Assembly (NCBI GenBank): GCA_947629635.1
Contig: CANREO010000001.1
Location: 1-59,068 of the forward strand
Source: an uncultured Clostridia bacterium
GTDB taxonomy: Bacteria; Bacillota; Clostridia; Christensenellales; CAG-917
DNA length: 59,068 nt
Direction of reading: 5' to 3'
The notes below the pieces were generated by a model that made no database searches, was not told the DNA's origin, and was given only the letters and a program-made list of their open reading frames with translations. How positions within the stretch are numbered: position 1 is the stretch's first letter; each line of letters opens with the position of its first letter. The position numbers were made by a program, and so were the translations under genes. Of the stretch, positions 17,312-27,297 are shown in pieces.

Positions 17312-18155
17312 AGACGTCGCCTTTGGTCAGTACTATCCGACAGGCTCCCCCGTGCATAAACTCGATCCGCGGACGAAGTTGTTGCTTACGGTGCTTTTTG
17401 TCATAACTATTTTCTTTATCAAAAGTTATTTCGGATTTATGCTTACTCTCGTCGTGCTTCTTGCGATAGTGATAGTTTCAAGGCTTCCCATAGTTTCCGT
17501 GCTGAAGTCGGTCAGAGGTATATTGCTGATAGTTTTGATAAGCGCCGCGATCAATCTTTTTGTAATAAAAGACGGAGAGGTCTTGGCGCATTGGAAAATC
17601 TTTACGATCACAAAAAACGGGGTTCATACTGCGATAAAACTGGCTTTAAGGCTTGTTTTGGTTATTTCCGGAGCTTCGCTGTTGCCTCTTACGACAACGC
17701 CTGTAGAGCTTGCCGACGGGCTTGAAAAATTGATGATTCCGCTTAAGATCATCAAGGTGCCGGTGAGGGATATCGCGATGATCATGAGCATCGCTTTGCG
17801 CTTTGTTCCCACTCTTTTTGAAGAGACGCAAAAGATAATGAATGCTCAAAAAGCAAGAGGCGCGGCAATAGATCATGGCAATATTTTCAAACGCATAGGC
17901 GCCATGATGCCGGTGTTGATACCTCTGTTTGTCAATTCGTTCAGACGTGCGGACGAGTTGTCGTTTGCGATGGACGCCAGGTGCTACAATGCCACCGACA
18001 GGCGCACCAAGATGAAAAGGCTTAAGTTTGGGTGGGGCGACGCGGTTGCGGCGCTGTTTTTGTTGTCCTATACAGTTGTGATTTTGCTTGACAGGTATTA
18101 TTTCAAGACCGTAGGCATCGACATAGATTTGATGATATTCGGAGAACTTTTATGA
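17304..18155 (+). CDS. ecfT: ECF transporter transmembrane (T) component
   Basis: 283 aa polytopic membrane protein. Begins FGQYYPTGSPVHKLDPRTKLL and carries ..ARG.. coupling helices. It sits directly after ecfA1/ecfA2. Confidence 0.88.
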   Translation: MFRDVAFGQYYPTGSPVHKLDPRTKLLLTVLFVITIFFIKSYFGFMLTLVVLLAIVIVSRLPIVSVLKSVRGILLIVLISAAINLFVIKDGEVLAHWKIFTITKNGVHTAIKLALRLVLVISGASLLPLTTTPVELADGLEKLMIPLKIIKVPVRDIAMIMSIALRFVPTLFEETQKIMNAQKARGAAIDHGNIFKRIGAMMPVLIPLFVNSFRRADELSFAMDARCYNATDRRTKMKRLKFGWGDAVAALFLLSYTVVILLDRYYFKTVGIDIDLMIFGELL

Positions 18156-18973
18156 GGTATCGCGCTGTAATTTCATACAACGGAGCCGCGTATGTCGGCT
18201 GGCAGAGACAACTCAACGGGTTGAGCGTGCAGGAAACGCTGGAAACTGCGCTTTCAAAGACTTTCGGAGTCCCGACCTCCGCCACGGCGAGCGGCAGGAC
18301 CGACGCCGGCGTGCATGCGGAGGGACAGGTCGTGCATTTTGACGCCGAAACTTCGATCCCGTCCGAAAAGATACCGTTTGCTGTCAATACTCATCTGCCC
18401 GACGACGTAAGCATGCTGTTGTGCGAGCCCGTCGATGACAACTTCAACGCTCGGTTTTGCGCAAAGCGCAAGACATATTGTTATAGGCTATATCTGTCCA
18501 GGCATCGCAGGCCCATGCTCGAAGGGACGCACGAACATATCTCGGTGCCTCTCGATTTCACCCTTATGAGAGACGCCGCGAAAATTATAGAGGGAACGCA
18601 CGACTTCAAATGTTTCGAAGCAACGGGTAGCGAAATAAAGAATACCGTTCGTACCGTCTATGAAATAAAGATCGTTACGGGAGCTTTGGCGACCGTTCCA
18701 ATGCCCAAGCAAGACGAATCGCTTGCAGACGTCCCGATGCTGCTGAATCTTGTCACCGGCGACGAGTTCAACTGTACTGCGGATATATACGTGACGGGCA
18801 ACGGTTTTTTGTACAATATGGTGAGAATAATCGCGGGGACTCTGGTATATTGCGGAATGAAGAAGCTCACGACGGAAGACATTCGGCACGCACTAGAGAG
18901 CGGAGACAGAACGCTTGTAGGCAAAACTTTGCCGGCAAAAGGGTTGCACCTTATCGAAGTAGTTTATGACTGA
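18152..18973 (+). CDS. truA: tRNA pseudouridine(38-40) synthase
   Basis: MRYRAVISYNGAAYVGWQRQ.., catalytic GRTDAGVHA, and ..NGFLYNMVRIIAGTL... ATGA overlap with ecfT. Confidence 0.92.
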   Translation: MRYRAVISYNGAAYVGWQRQLNGLSVQETLETALSKTFGVPTSATASGRTDAGVHAEGQVVHFDAETSIPSEKIPFAVNTHLPDDVSMLLCEPVDDNFNARFCAKRKTYCYRLYLSRHRRPMLEGTHEHISVPLDFTLMRDAAKIIEGTHDFKCFEATGSEIKNTVRTVYEIKIVTGALATVPMPKQDESLADVPMLLNLVTGDEFNCTADIYVTGNGFLYNMVRIIAGTLVYCGMKKLTTEDIRHALESGDRTLVGKTLPAKGLHLIEVVYD

Positions 18974-19074
18974 GTTTTGAGCAGCGATAACCAATTTAGG
19001 GGAAGAACGGAAAATTTTTTCGAATAGCAGGGGCGATAAAAATTATTTTCCATAAGTTTGCATATCAACTGCCC

Positions 19075-19103
19075 TTGACATTGAGCAACTTTAGTTTTAT
19101 TAT
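19075..19103 (+). promoter_or_regulatory. sigma-A type promoter immediately upstream of 19114 ORF
   Basis: TTGACA 19075-19080, 17-nt spacer, TATTAT 19098-19103. The ATG is 10 nt further on. Confidence 0.5.
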
Positions 19104-19113
19104 AAATTATATT

Positions 19114-19497
19114 ATGTTGACCGTGAAGTTTGCAGTAGGAGACGAACTGCGCGAAGCGTATGAAGCGCTTTCGATCGCGGGCGAGCCGCGTGGCAGCAAT
19201 TTTGTCATGTACGACGACTTAAGACCCGTTGCGTTGATGCGCATGCGCATAATCCGCGAAGCCGCTCCGGTGTGCGAGATAGAGCGAATCCGTTATGCGG
19301 ACGGAGTCGACGAAGACGACAAAACTTTCTTTTTGCACACTATGTTTTTCAAACTTCTCGGCGGCGCGCCGATAAAGTTGAGGATAGAGGGCACTGAGGA
19401 CGAATTCGGTAAATTCGGTTTTGAAAAGAAGGGCGAATTTATGGAGATATACTCGCCGAAGATAAATTTATATTACAATTGCGGAGAAAAACGCTAA
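19114..19497 (+). CDS. hypothetical 127-aa protein
   Basis: Only ATG in frame is 19114 (MLTVKFAVGDELREAYEAL..). No recognised motif. It ends one codon before glnS. Confidence 0.55.
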   Translation: MLTVKFAVGDELREAYEALSIAGEPRGSNFVMYDDLRPVALMRMRIIREAAPVCEIERIRYADGVDEDDKTFFLHTMFFKLLGGAPIKLRIEGTEDEFGKFGFEKKGEFMEIYSPKINLYYNCGEKR

Positions 19498-21120
19498 ATG
19501 GACGACAGCACGAAAAACTTCATAGAGGACATTATTGACGAGGAGCTTGCCTCGGGCAAGGTGAGCGAAATCATCACTCGTTTTCCTCCGGAGCCAAACG
19601 GATATCTGCACATAGGGCATGCAAAAGCCCTGTGCATCAACTTCGGCATAAAAGAGAGATATCACGGCAAATGCAATCTGCGTTTCGACGACACCAACCC
19701 GGCAAAAGAAGACGTGGAATACATGGAGTCCATAAAAGAGGACATAAAGTGGCTCGGTTTCGAATGGGACGGACTTTATAATGCCAGCGACTATTTCGAA
19801 AAGATGTACGAATGCGCCGTGAAATTGATCAAAGAGGGCAAGGCGTACGTTTGCGACCTTTCCGCGGAACAGATAAGCCTTACTCGCGGCACTTTCAACG
19901 AACCGGGGACTCCCAGTCCAAACCGCAATCGCTCCGTAGAGGAAAATCTGGATTTGTTCGAGCGCATGAGAGCGGGCGAGTTTGCGGACGGCGAAAAGGT
20001 GCTCCGCGCAAAGATAGATATGGCGTCGCCCAACATAAATATGCGAGACCCCGTCATATATCGTATAAGCCATGCTACCCATCCGCACACGGGCAATAAA
20101 TGGTGCATATATCCTATGTATGATTTTGCGCATCCCATCGAGGACGCGGTTGAAGGCATTACCCATTCGCTTTGCTCGTTGGAGTTTGAAAATCATCGTC
20201 CGTTGTACGATTGGGTGACGGAAAATTGCGGCTTCGACCCTCGCCCCAGACAGATAGAGTTTGCCAGGCTAAATCTGACGCACGCGGTCATGAGCAAACG
20301 TTTTATAAAGAGGCTTGTCGACGAAAAAATAGTTTGGGGATGGGACGATCCTCGTCTGCTTACGCTGTCCGGCATAAGGGAGAGGGGATACACTCCTGCG
20401 TCGATAAAGGATTTTTGCGCTCGCATAGGCGTAGCAAAGGCAGACAGCCTTGTGGATATTTCGATACTCGAGCATTGTGTGAGAGAGGACCTCAATAACC
20501 ACGCGCAACGCGCGATGGTCGTCACGAAACCGCTGAAACTCGTCATAGATAACTATCCCGAGGGCAAGACGGAGCAGATGTACATAGAAAACAATCCGCA
20601 GCAAGAGGGCGCAGGCTATCATGAAGTCGGTTTTTCCAAGGAGTTGTACATAGAGCAAGAGGACTTCTCCGTAGAACCGCCGCCGAAATATTTCCGCTTA
20701 AAACCGGACGGCATAGTCAGACTGAAGGGCGCTTATATTATTAAGTGCACGGGCTTCGATACGGACTCGAAAGGCAACGTAATCGCGGTGCATGCCGACT
20801 ACCTCGAAGGCACGAGATCGGGAGAAGAGGGTGCAAATATGAAGGTCAAGGGCACCATACATTGGGTCAACGCTTCCGACTGCGTCGATGTCACTCTGAA
20901 TATGTTCGACTATCTCATAGAGGACGGAGACGGCGACTATATGGACAGGGTCAACCGCAATTCGCTCACGGTGCTTCACGGCAAGGCGGAAAGGCTTGTG
21001 GCAGACGCACCCGTGCATACGAGATTCCAATTTTTGCGACAGGGATATTTTATAAAAAGAAACGAGCGTAACGAATTCAACAGTATTGTTGGGCTCAAAG
21101 ACAGCTTCAAAGCAAGGTGA
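19498..21120 (+). CDS. glnS: glutamine--tRNA ligase
   Basis: N-terminus [54 protein letters not shown] is near-identical in pattern to E. coli GlnRS. VMSKR loop is present. 540 aa. Confidence 0.93.
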   Translation: MDDSTKNFIEDIIDEELASGKVSEIITRFPPEPNGYLHIGHAKALCINFGIKERYHGKCNLRFDDTNPAKEDVEYMESIKEDIKWLGFEWDGLYNASDYFEKMYECAVKLIKEGKAYVCDLSAEQISLTRGTFNEPGTPSPNRNRSVEENLDLFERMRAGEFADGEKVLRAKIDMASPNINMRDPVIYRISHATHPHTGNKWCIYPMYDFAHPIEDAVEGITHSLCSLEFENHRPLYDWVTENCGFDPRPRQIEFARLNLTHAVMSKRFIKRLVDEKIVWGWDDPRLLTLSGIRERGYTPASIKDFCARIGVAKADSLVDISILEHCVREDLNNHAQRAMVVTKPLKLVIDNYPEGKTEQMYIENNPQQEGAGYHEVGFSKELYIEQEDFSVEPPPKYFRLKPDGIVRLKGAYIIKCTGFDTDSKGNVIAVHADYLEGTRSGEEGANMKVKGTIHWVNASDCVDVTLNMFDYLIEDGDGDYMDRVNRNSLTVLHGKAERLVADAPVHTRFQFLRQGYFIKRNERNEFNSIVGLKDSFKAR

Positions 21121-21132
21121 CAGAGGAGACTT

Positions 21133-22293
21133 ATGTTTATCTGTAAAATTTGTGGTAATGAAGTCAAGGCGGGACAGGCATTCTGTCCGACCTGCGGCGC
21201 CGACGTGGTGGACAACTACCAGACGGTGTGCCCCGTTTGCGGCGCAAAAAACGGTGCCGGAAGCAAATATTGCGCAAAATGCGGCGGAATACTTTCCGTC
21301 ATGCGCAAGCCCGTTTGCACCGTTTGCGGCAGCAAAAACTTGCCCGGAGCGCAATTTTGCGTGAGTTGCGGAGCGCCACTCATTGTGGAGAGAGAGACGC
21401 ATTCCGATGCGGATTTGCTCAATGCTCGCAAAGCTAAAATGCGCGTGGACAGCATGGAGAAGGATAGACTTGCCGCCGCAGACAGGGAAATCGCCGCAAA
21501 GCGCGAGAAGGCGGAAGAGGAAAGAGCGCACGCGCTCGCGGAAGTGGAGCAATATCGCGAAAAATGCGAAGCCGACTATAATGAGAAGTTGGAGACTCTT
21601 GAAGAATATCGCGCAAAAATAAACGAATTCGGAGCGGAGGACGTGGCGTTGCTGAAAAAGATGTCCGCGGCGCTGAAAGATTACTCTCGTTACTATGCGG
21701 ATCCTTATTCGCAAATAGACGAGGACGACATCGAAGACCAGACGTATGTTTGCCCGGCGTGCGGCAATATAAATCCGCTGGGGGTCACGCGTTGTATAAA
21801 TTGCGGAAGAGACAAGGCAAGAGCAATGTTGTTGCTTGCCAAGAAGAGAATAAATCAAAGTCCTCCCGTCAAGAGAAGGATAAAGATAATCGCTCCCCCA
21901 GAGGAAGATTTGAAAGAGGAAAAATTGCCTCCGTTTGAAGAATTTGCCGAAGCGCGCAATAACGTAGCGCCTCCGGAGCCCGAGCAAACGGAGCCCGAAA
22001 AGAAGGAGCAAGCAGACTTCTCGGGTCCGCCGACCGGTCCGTTTTATGGCTATCCGTATCCTCCGTTCGGCTATCCGTATCCTCCGTTTGCAGTGCCTCA
22101 GGCCAGGCTCGGGACGGGCGACGCAGCCGCTAAGGATGACAATATGCAGATGCAAATGCCTCCCATCGTTCAGCCTGTGGCATTTGTGCCCTATGTGACG
22201 CAGGAACAGCCGCTGATGCAGTATTCTCCGGCTATGGCGGACGATAGGCGACCGATGAAACAGCCCGTACAACGTCCCTCGGATAAGAAGTGA
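21133..22293 (+). CDS. multi zinc-ribbon protein with coiled-coil and Pro/Tyr-rich tail
   Basis: Five CxxC pairs in the first 90 aa and one more pair (CPACG..CINCG) later. A Glu/Lys/Ala-rich helical stretch follows. The tail contains GYPYPPFGYPYPPF. Confidence 0.7.
   Translation: MFICKICGNEVKAGQAFCPTCGADVVDNYQTVCPVCGAKNGAGSKYCAKCGGILSVMRKPVCTVCGSKNLPGAQFCVSCGAPLIVERETHSDADLLNARKAKMRVDSMEKDRLAAADREIAAKREKAEEERAHALAEVEQYREKCEADYNEKLETLEEYRAKINEFGAEDVALLKKMSAALKDYSRYYADPYSQIDEDDIEDQTYVCPACGNINPLGVTRCINCGRDKARAMLLLAKKRINQSPPVKRRIKIIAPPEEDLKEEKLPPFEEFAEARNNVAPPEPEQTEPEKKEQADFSGPPTGPFYGYPYPPFGYPYPPFAVPQARLGTGDAAAKDDNMQMQMPPIVQPVAFVPYVTQEQPLMQYSPAMADDRRPMKQPVQRPSDKK
22048..22089 (+). repeat. tandem 21-nt duplication encoding GYPYPPF x2
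   Basis: ggctatccgtatcctccgttc / ggctatccgtatcctccgttt differ at one base. Confidence 0.9.
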
Positions 22294-22296
22294 TAT

Positions 22297-23082
22297 ATGG
22301 CAGAGCAAAGAGTGACAAACAGACGCAATAGAAATGTGGACGACGCCGGCATAAGGCTCGCTCCGACTCCCCTCAACAGGGGGAGCGTAAACGTTATGCC
22401 TGCCGTCAGACAGGATTATATCATTGAACCGCAGCTCGTTGTCGACGAACCGTCGGACGATCTCAAGCGCAGTTTTTCCACCGAAAAAGACTTCCAACCC
22501 AAGAAGAAGGACATTTCGAAGAGGTGGAAGAGGTCCAAGCGTTCGAGAAATTTAGTCGTGGGCATAGTGATGTTTATTGTTTCTTGCCTTGTGTTGTTGC
22601 CATACATACTGGGCGCCGCGCACGTGTTTTTGGACAATTTTATTTTCAGATATGTGCCCAGACAATTCGGCGCATTGAACAATTTGGTGGAGGCGTTTAA
22701 GGCCACGGTCAAACTCGGATGGAAAGGTGAGGAAGTAAACGCAATTTGGATAAGCATGGTGCCGTCGTTGATACTTATTGTCGGCATTATAGCGCTTGTC
22801 GTCAATTTTATAAAATCCGTCATGGGTATGTTTGGCGCGATAAAGCCCAAAAAGTATATGATCGGCGCCATCATATATCTGTTTGCGGTGCTAGCGGTGT
22901 TTATCATGACGCTGGTCGGCGCGCCCGCTGTCGGCGTAGAAAAAATAGACTTCGTTAGAGACTTTATCAAAGGCTATAAAACGAGCGAGCTTTTCGGGCT
23001 CTTGATACCGGCCTTGGGATACTTTACGGTGGCATGTATTTGCACCTTTATACACAAAGAGAAGTACGGCTACCTCAAATGA
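22297..23082 (+). CDS. membrane protein, function unknown
   Basis: 261 aa. A basic, disordered-looking N-terminus of about 85 aa is followed by 4-5 hydrophobic helices. It starts 3 nt after the previous stop. Confidence 0.6.
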   Translation: MAEQRVTNRRNRNVDDAGIRLAPTPLNRGSVNVMPAVRQDYIIEPQLVVDEPSDDLKRSFSTEKDFQPKKKDISKRWKRSKRSRNLVVGIVMFIVSCLVLLPYILGAAHVFLDNFIFRYVPRQFGALNNLVEAFKATVKLGWKGEEVNAIWISMVPSLILIVGIIALVVNFIKSVMGMFGAIKPKKYMIGAIIYLFAVLAVFIMTLVGAPAVGVEKIDFVRDFIKGYKTSELFGLLIPALGYFTVACICTFIHKEKYGYLK

Positions 23083-23104
23083 GCGATAGATAAGGAGATA
23101 TATT

Positions 23105-23974
23105 ATGTCGAAGAAAACCCCAAATCAAAATGCTGCTCCGCCGGTCGGAAACGATTTGATTCCGGACGAAACTGCCATCCTCGAGGCGGAAGCATATAAT
23201 ATGCCCACTCCCGACGCCGGCGCCGACGTCACGATGTTTGGCACAGTAGGTTCTGGCGGACCGGTGCCGATAATTGCGCCCAAGCACAATACGATCCAAT
23301 TGCAGCCTATCGTTGTGCCTCTTGCAGTTGTGCCGTATATGTCGCAAGACAGTAGCGTGTTGCGTACCGACGGCAGACAGGCGGCAGGCAACGGTGACGA
23401 ATTTGATGAAGCGGCTGAGTTTGAAAATGCAGGCGCGGCAGACGGTAAAAAGAAAAAGAAGAAAGCCGTGGCGGAGCGTCTGCTTTCCGCGGTCACGCTT
23501 TTGCTCGGCATCGGAATGTTTTTGCCGTTTATTATATCTTTCCTGATGGAAAATACTATAAAAGACGGGGATCCCAGGGGTATAGGCGAATTTAATATAA
23601 TCCGTATGATCATGAATTGGGCCGATAAGAGCGTTCAGTTCAACTTTGTGGCTCATATAAACTACATTTTATACATAGTTGCGGCGGCCATGGCGGCGGT
23701 TATAATCGTTTGTGCGTTGATCGGATTGATCGTAGGCAGATATCCTCGTCCCCTCGTATGCATCACATCTTGCATAGGATTTTTGAGCGTGCTTGTTGTG
23801 CTCATACTCGGTTGTGTAAATAAGGAAGTCAAATTTGACGCTAACAGCAGGTTGACGCTTGTGATCATGGTTGCGCTTACAGGCCTTATATTTGTGACGT
23901 CCGTACTGTTTTCGGTGATACTTAATAAGATCGAAGATGAACAAGACAAAAAACCCGATGGTGGGGATATTTGA
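23105..23974 (+). CDS. membrane protein, function unknown
   Basis: AAGGAGA SD. 289 aa. A disordered N-terminus of about 125 aa, ending in a KKKKKK run, is followed by 4-5 hydrophobic helices. Confidence 0.6.
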   Translation: MSKKTPNQNAAPPVGNDLIPDETAILEAEAYNMPTPDAGADVTMFGTVGSGGPVPIIAPKHNTIQLQPIVVPLAVVPYMSQDSSVLRTDGRQAAGNGDEFDEAAEFENAGAADGKKKKKKAVAERLLSAVTLLLGIGMFLPFIISFLMENTIKDGDPRGIGEFNIIRMIMNWADKSVQFNFVAHINYILYIVAAAMAAVIIVCALIGLIVGRYPRPLVCITSCIGFLSVLVVLILGCVNKEVKFDANSRLTLVIMVALTGLIFVTSVLFSVILNKIEDEQDKKPDGGDI

Positions 23975-23976
23975 TT

Positions 23977-23998
23977 AAAACGGGCGCGAGCCCGTTTT
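23977..23998 (+). terminator. rho-independent terminator
   Basis: AAAACGGGC-gcga-GCCCGTTTT. Confidence 0.8.
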
Positions 23999-24014
23999 CA
24001 AATAAAGAGGTAAT

Positions 24015-24797
24015 ATGTCCCTAAAACTCGTTTCTCTGGCGAGCGGTAGCAAGGGGAACGCCACGCTCGTGTTTTCGGATACTACGGCATTGCTCGTGGA
24101 TGCCGGCATATCCTATACGCAGATAAAGACGGAGTTGAAGGACTTCGGGTTGACGCCGTCCATGCTCGACGGCGTGATAGTCACGCATGAACATATAGAT
24201 CATATCAAAGCTCTGCCGCGTTTGGAACAGGATTGCCAAGTGTATGCGCATCCGCTTACGCAAAAGGAGATTTATATAAGGCAAGGAGTACTGAAAAACG
24301 TTGCCGACGTAGACGACTTCGAAGCCGGTTTTATAGTAGGGGACATAGCGGTGACGCCATTTCGCATACCGCATGACGCTATTTATCCTTTGGCATACAC
24401 TTTCAGCGTGGGGCACGCAAGGTGCAGCGTGGCGACGGATATAGGAGTGCCTACGCACGGGGTGATGAAAAATATTCGGGAGAGCGAGGTCGTATTGCTC
24501 GAAGCCAATCATGACGTCGAAATGCTTAAAAACGGCAAATATCCGCCGGCGCTCAAGGCGCGCATACTTTCAAACAACGGGCATCTGTCCAATGACAGCG
24601 CCGCAAAAATCGCGGGACTGTTGTCCGGCAAAAGCGAAGTGAGGCAGCTTGTGCTCGGGCATATCAGCGAAAATAACAACACCGAACAACTTGCATATGA
24701 GGCTGTAAGCAATACATTGGAGCAGCTGGGCAACAGCGATATCGAGTTGGCTATCGCACATCAAAGCAGACGCAGTGAGGTTTTTGAAATAATATGA
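24015..24797 (+). CDS. MBL-fold metallo-hydrolase (YycJ/WalJ-like)
   Basis: VTHEHIDHI (HxHxDH) motif. 260 aa. Confidence 0.8.
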   Translation: MSLKLVSLASGSKGNATLVFSDTTALLVDAGISYTQIKTELKDFGLTPSMLDGVIVTHEHIDHIKALPRLEQDCQVYAHPLTQKEIYIRQGVLKNVADVDDFEAGFIVGDIAVTPFRIPHDAIYPLAYTFSVGHARCSVATDIGVPTHGVMKNIRESEVVLLEANHDVEMLKNGKYPPALKARILSNNGHLSNDSAAKIAGLLSGKSEVRQLVLGHISENNNTEQLAYEAVSNTLEQLGNSDIELAIAHQSRRSEVFEII

Positions 24798-25876
24798 ACA
24801 GAAGGACGATAACGGCCGGCGAAGGAGCTTCTATTTATCTTTTGGGCGTTTGTGCCGGAAGTATTTTGAACCTGTTTTTATCATTGGTTTTTATGCGCAG
24901 CGAGGCGACGTTCGACGGCATGAGCGTATATTCGTGGGTGGGCTATGCGATCATTCAGGTGGCGTTTGTGCTTGCCGCCGTAGTCTATGACGCCATAAGA
25001 AGGACCGACATCTTATTTGTGGCTCGGATGAGCAAACCACGTAGCGCCAAACAATTGTTTTTTACGCCGTTTATAGCAATAGCGGCAATATTGACCTTCC
25101 TGCCGTTGGCAAATTTGTGGACATCTTTTTTGGGCGTCATACATTACCACGGCGCCGGAGTCGGCATGCCCGACTATTCCAACGTCGGAGTGTATTTTCT
25201 TTCGTTATTTGTGATGGCTGCGCTTCCGGCTTTCGGAGAGGAGTTTTTGCTGAGAGGGCACGCATTCAGCGGTTTGCGGACGCGCAGCATGGGTTTCGGA
25301 GTGCTTATGTCTGCATTGCTTTTCAGTTTAATGCATGCAAATCCGTTGCAGACGGTGCACCAATTCGGCATCGGCATTGTGCTTGCGCTGGTATTTACGA
25401 TCACCAATTCGCTTTGGGCATGCGTTCTTGTACATTTTTTCAACAATTTTATCAGCATTACTCTGACCGCCTATTTGCCGCAGGTGGACGCGCTGTACTT
25501 CAAATTGGGTTATTTTAATTGGCTGACGGGCGCAGCAAGCTTCATAATCGGACTCTTAATGCTTGTGACATTGCTTTATGCGATGTATAAAGTTGGCAAC
25601 AAGAGTAAATTTAAAGTGATCTCAAGCGGAATTGATTATGACGATTATACAATTTACGCAGTAGGGGAAAAGAATAGGAAAAATCCTATTAAAGCGTGGG
25701 CTGATTTTATAGCTTCGCTATTTACAAAAGCCGGATGGAGACGTATCGGCTCTGCGCTGGTCGAATGCGGCGATGCGGATATGATCGGCAAAAATCAACC
25801 TCTTCTCGGCGTGTGGTTGGCGCTGGGACTTGTATCGGTATATTGGCTTTATTCACTCATAGTGGGGTTGCTATGA
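24794..25876 (+). CDS. CPBP family intramembrane glutamic endopeptidase
   Basis: EEFLLRG, FSLMH and HFFNN motifs. Polytopic. ATGA overlap with the preceding gene. Confidence 0.8.
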   Translation: MNRRTITAGEGASIYLLGVCAGSILNLFLSLVFMRSEATFDGMSVYSWVGYAIIQVAFVLAAVVYDAIRRTDILFVARMSKPRSAKQLFFTPFIAIAAILTFLPLANLWTSFLGVIHYHGAGVGMPDYSNVGVYFLSLFVMAALPAFGEEFLLRGHAFSGLRTRSMGFGVLMSALLFSLMHANPLQTVHQFGIGIVLALVFTITNSLWACVLVHFFNNFISITLTAYLPQVDALYFKLGYFNWLTGAASFIIGLLMLVTLLYAMYKVGNKSKFKVISSGIDYDDYTIYAVGEKNRKNPIKAWADFIASLFTKAGWRRIGSALVECGDADMIGKNQPLLGVWLALGLVSVYWLYSLIVGLL

Positions 25877-26835
25877 CAAGGCGAAGCAGCGTAGGATATA
25901 TATATTTTGCCGTCATGTTGATGGCGCTGCTTTTGCGTATATCCTCCGCGCTTGACGTATACTCCGCTTTGAATGTGGACCCCGATACGTTTTTTTCCTG
26001 TATAGTACAAATTCTGATATTCGGCGTAATGCCGCTCGCGCTCTATTATTTTGCCGTTGCTCGCAGAGAACAGACGGGGCTTGGGCGCATGTTTTCGGAT
26101 TTCGGGGTGCGGAAAATCGATGGAAAGGATTTCTTGCTTGCTGCGGCGATCGCCGTGTGTGCCATTGTCATCGCGTCAGGTTTTTCGTATGCTTGGCAGT
26201 TTGCGCTTCAATTGATTGGATTTACGCACGTCTCTTCGCCCACGGATTACGGTAGCATAGGCGTGCTCATACGTGAGATAGTCATTGTCGCGGTATTGCC
26301 CGCTACCTTTGAGGAGTTGTCCCACAGGGGATTGTTATATGCCGGATACAAGGAGAGCGGTTGGCGATTCGTCATAGTTTCGGCGTTGTTTTTCAGCCTT
26401 ATGCATCAAAATATCGTGCAGACCGGATATACTTTTATTGACGGGTTGGTCATAGCGCTTATGATGTATTATACGGGTTCGATTTTCCCCGGTATGATGT
26501 TGCATTTCACAAACAATTTTTATTCGGTTTTCACGGGCTATGTTGAGCAAAACGGCGGCCCTTTCAACTTCATAAATATCGTTGACGCATGGCTTTCGGA
26601 TACGTTGCCCGGGATAATAGTATCTATTGTAGCCTTTGTCGTTTGCGCCTGTCTTTTAGTGGTTTTTTTGCTTATGATGCGCCGTCGCGCCGTAAAATGC
26701 GGCAGACTTGCGCCCGAGCCGTTTTTTTCGCCCGAAGGGACGATGCCATTATATAAGGATATTCCGTTTTGGCTTACTGTAGCATTGGGTTTGGCGTGCG
26801 CGGCATTTTCTTTTGCGTGGGGGATGATAAGATGA
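25873..26835 (+). CDS. CPBP family intramembrane glutamic endopeptidase (second copy)
   Basis: ATG 25873 (MTRRSSVGYIYF..) overlaps the previous stop as ATGA. EELSHRG, FSLMH and HFTNN motifs. Confidence 0.78.
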   Translation: MTRRSSVGYIYFAVMLMALLLRISSALDVYSALNVDPDTFFSCIVQILIFGVMPLALYYFAVARREQTGLGRMFSDFGVRKIDGKDFLLAAAIAVCAIVIASGFSYAWQFALQLIGFTHVSSPTDYGSIGVLIREIVIVAVLPATFEELSHRGLLYAGYKESGWRFVIVSALFFSLMHQNIVQTGYTFIDGLVIALMMYYTGSIFPGMMLHFTNNFYSVFTGYVEQNGGPFNFINIVDAWLSDTLPGIIVSIVAFVVCACLLVVFLLMMRRRAVKCGRLAPEPFFSPEGTMPLYKDIPFWLTVALGLACAAFSFAWGMIR

Positions 26836-27290
26836 AAATAAACATTATAGCCATAGGAAAAATAAAGGAAAAATATTTTTTCGACGCTATTGTCGAATAT
26901 TTGAAACGCTGTTCGAGATATGCCGATGTCAGAGTTACGGAACTTGAGGAGGCTCCGCCGTCAAAATCCCCTGCGGAGCAACGGCGGCTCGAAAGTAAAG
27001 AATTGACGCGACATGCGACAGGCTATACATTGGCTATGGATATGCGAGGCAAGGCCTTGTCAAGCGAGGAATTTGCGGCGCTTATTTCGACAAAATGTAC
27101 GGAGGGCATATCCGAGTTTTCCTTTCTTATAGGCGGTTCACACGGGCTGTCTGACGAGGCAAGGGAGAGTGCGGACGCAGTGATATCATTCGGCAAAGCG
27201 ACTTTTCCGCATCAACTCTTCAGAGTGATGCTTGCAGAACAGATATATAGGGCGCTGAGCATAAATGTCGGCGCGCCGTATCATAAATGA
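26832..27290 (+). CDS. rlmH: 23S rRNA (pseudouridine1915-N3)-methyltransferase
   Basis: MKINIIAIGKIKEKYF.. and C-terminal ..FPHQLFRVMLAEQIYRA..PYHK (SPOUT RlmH pattern). ATGA overlap with the preceding gene. Confidence 0.9.
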   Translation: MKINIIAIGKIKEKYFFDAIVEYLKRCSRYADVRVTELEEAPPSKSPAEQRRLESKELTRHATGYTLAMDMRGKALSSEEFAALISTKCTEGISEFSFLIGGSHGLSDEARESADAVISFGKATFPHQLFRVMLAEQIYRALSINVGAPYHK

Positions 27291-27297
27291 GGTGACA

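Noticed and set aside
20698-22497. 599-aa minus-strand ORF, the longest non-annotated ORF in the track outside the giant gene.
   Set aside because: It is antisense to the glnS 3-prime end and the zinc-ribbon gene. Its sequence is Arg/His/Cys/Leu junk, whereas the plus-strand genes have clear motifs and SDs.
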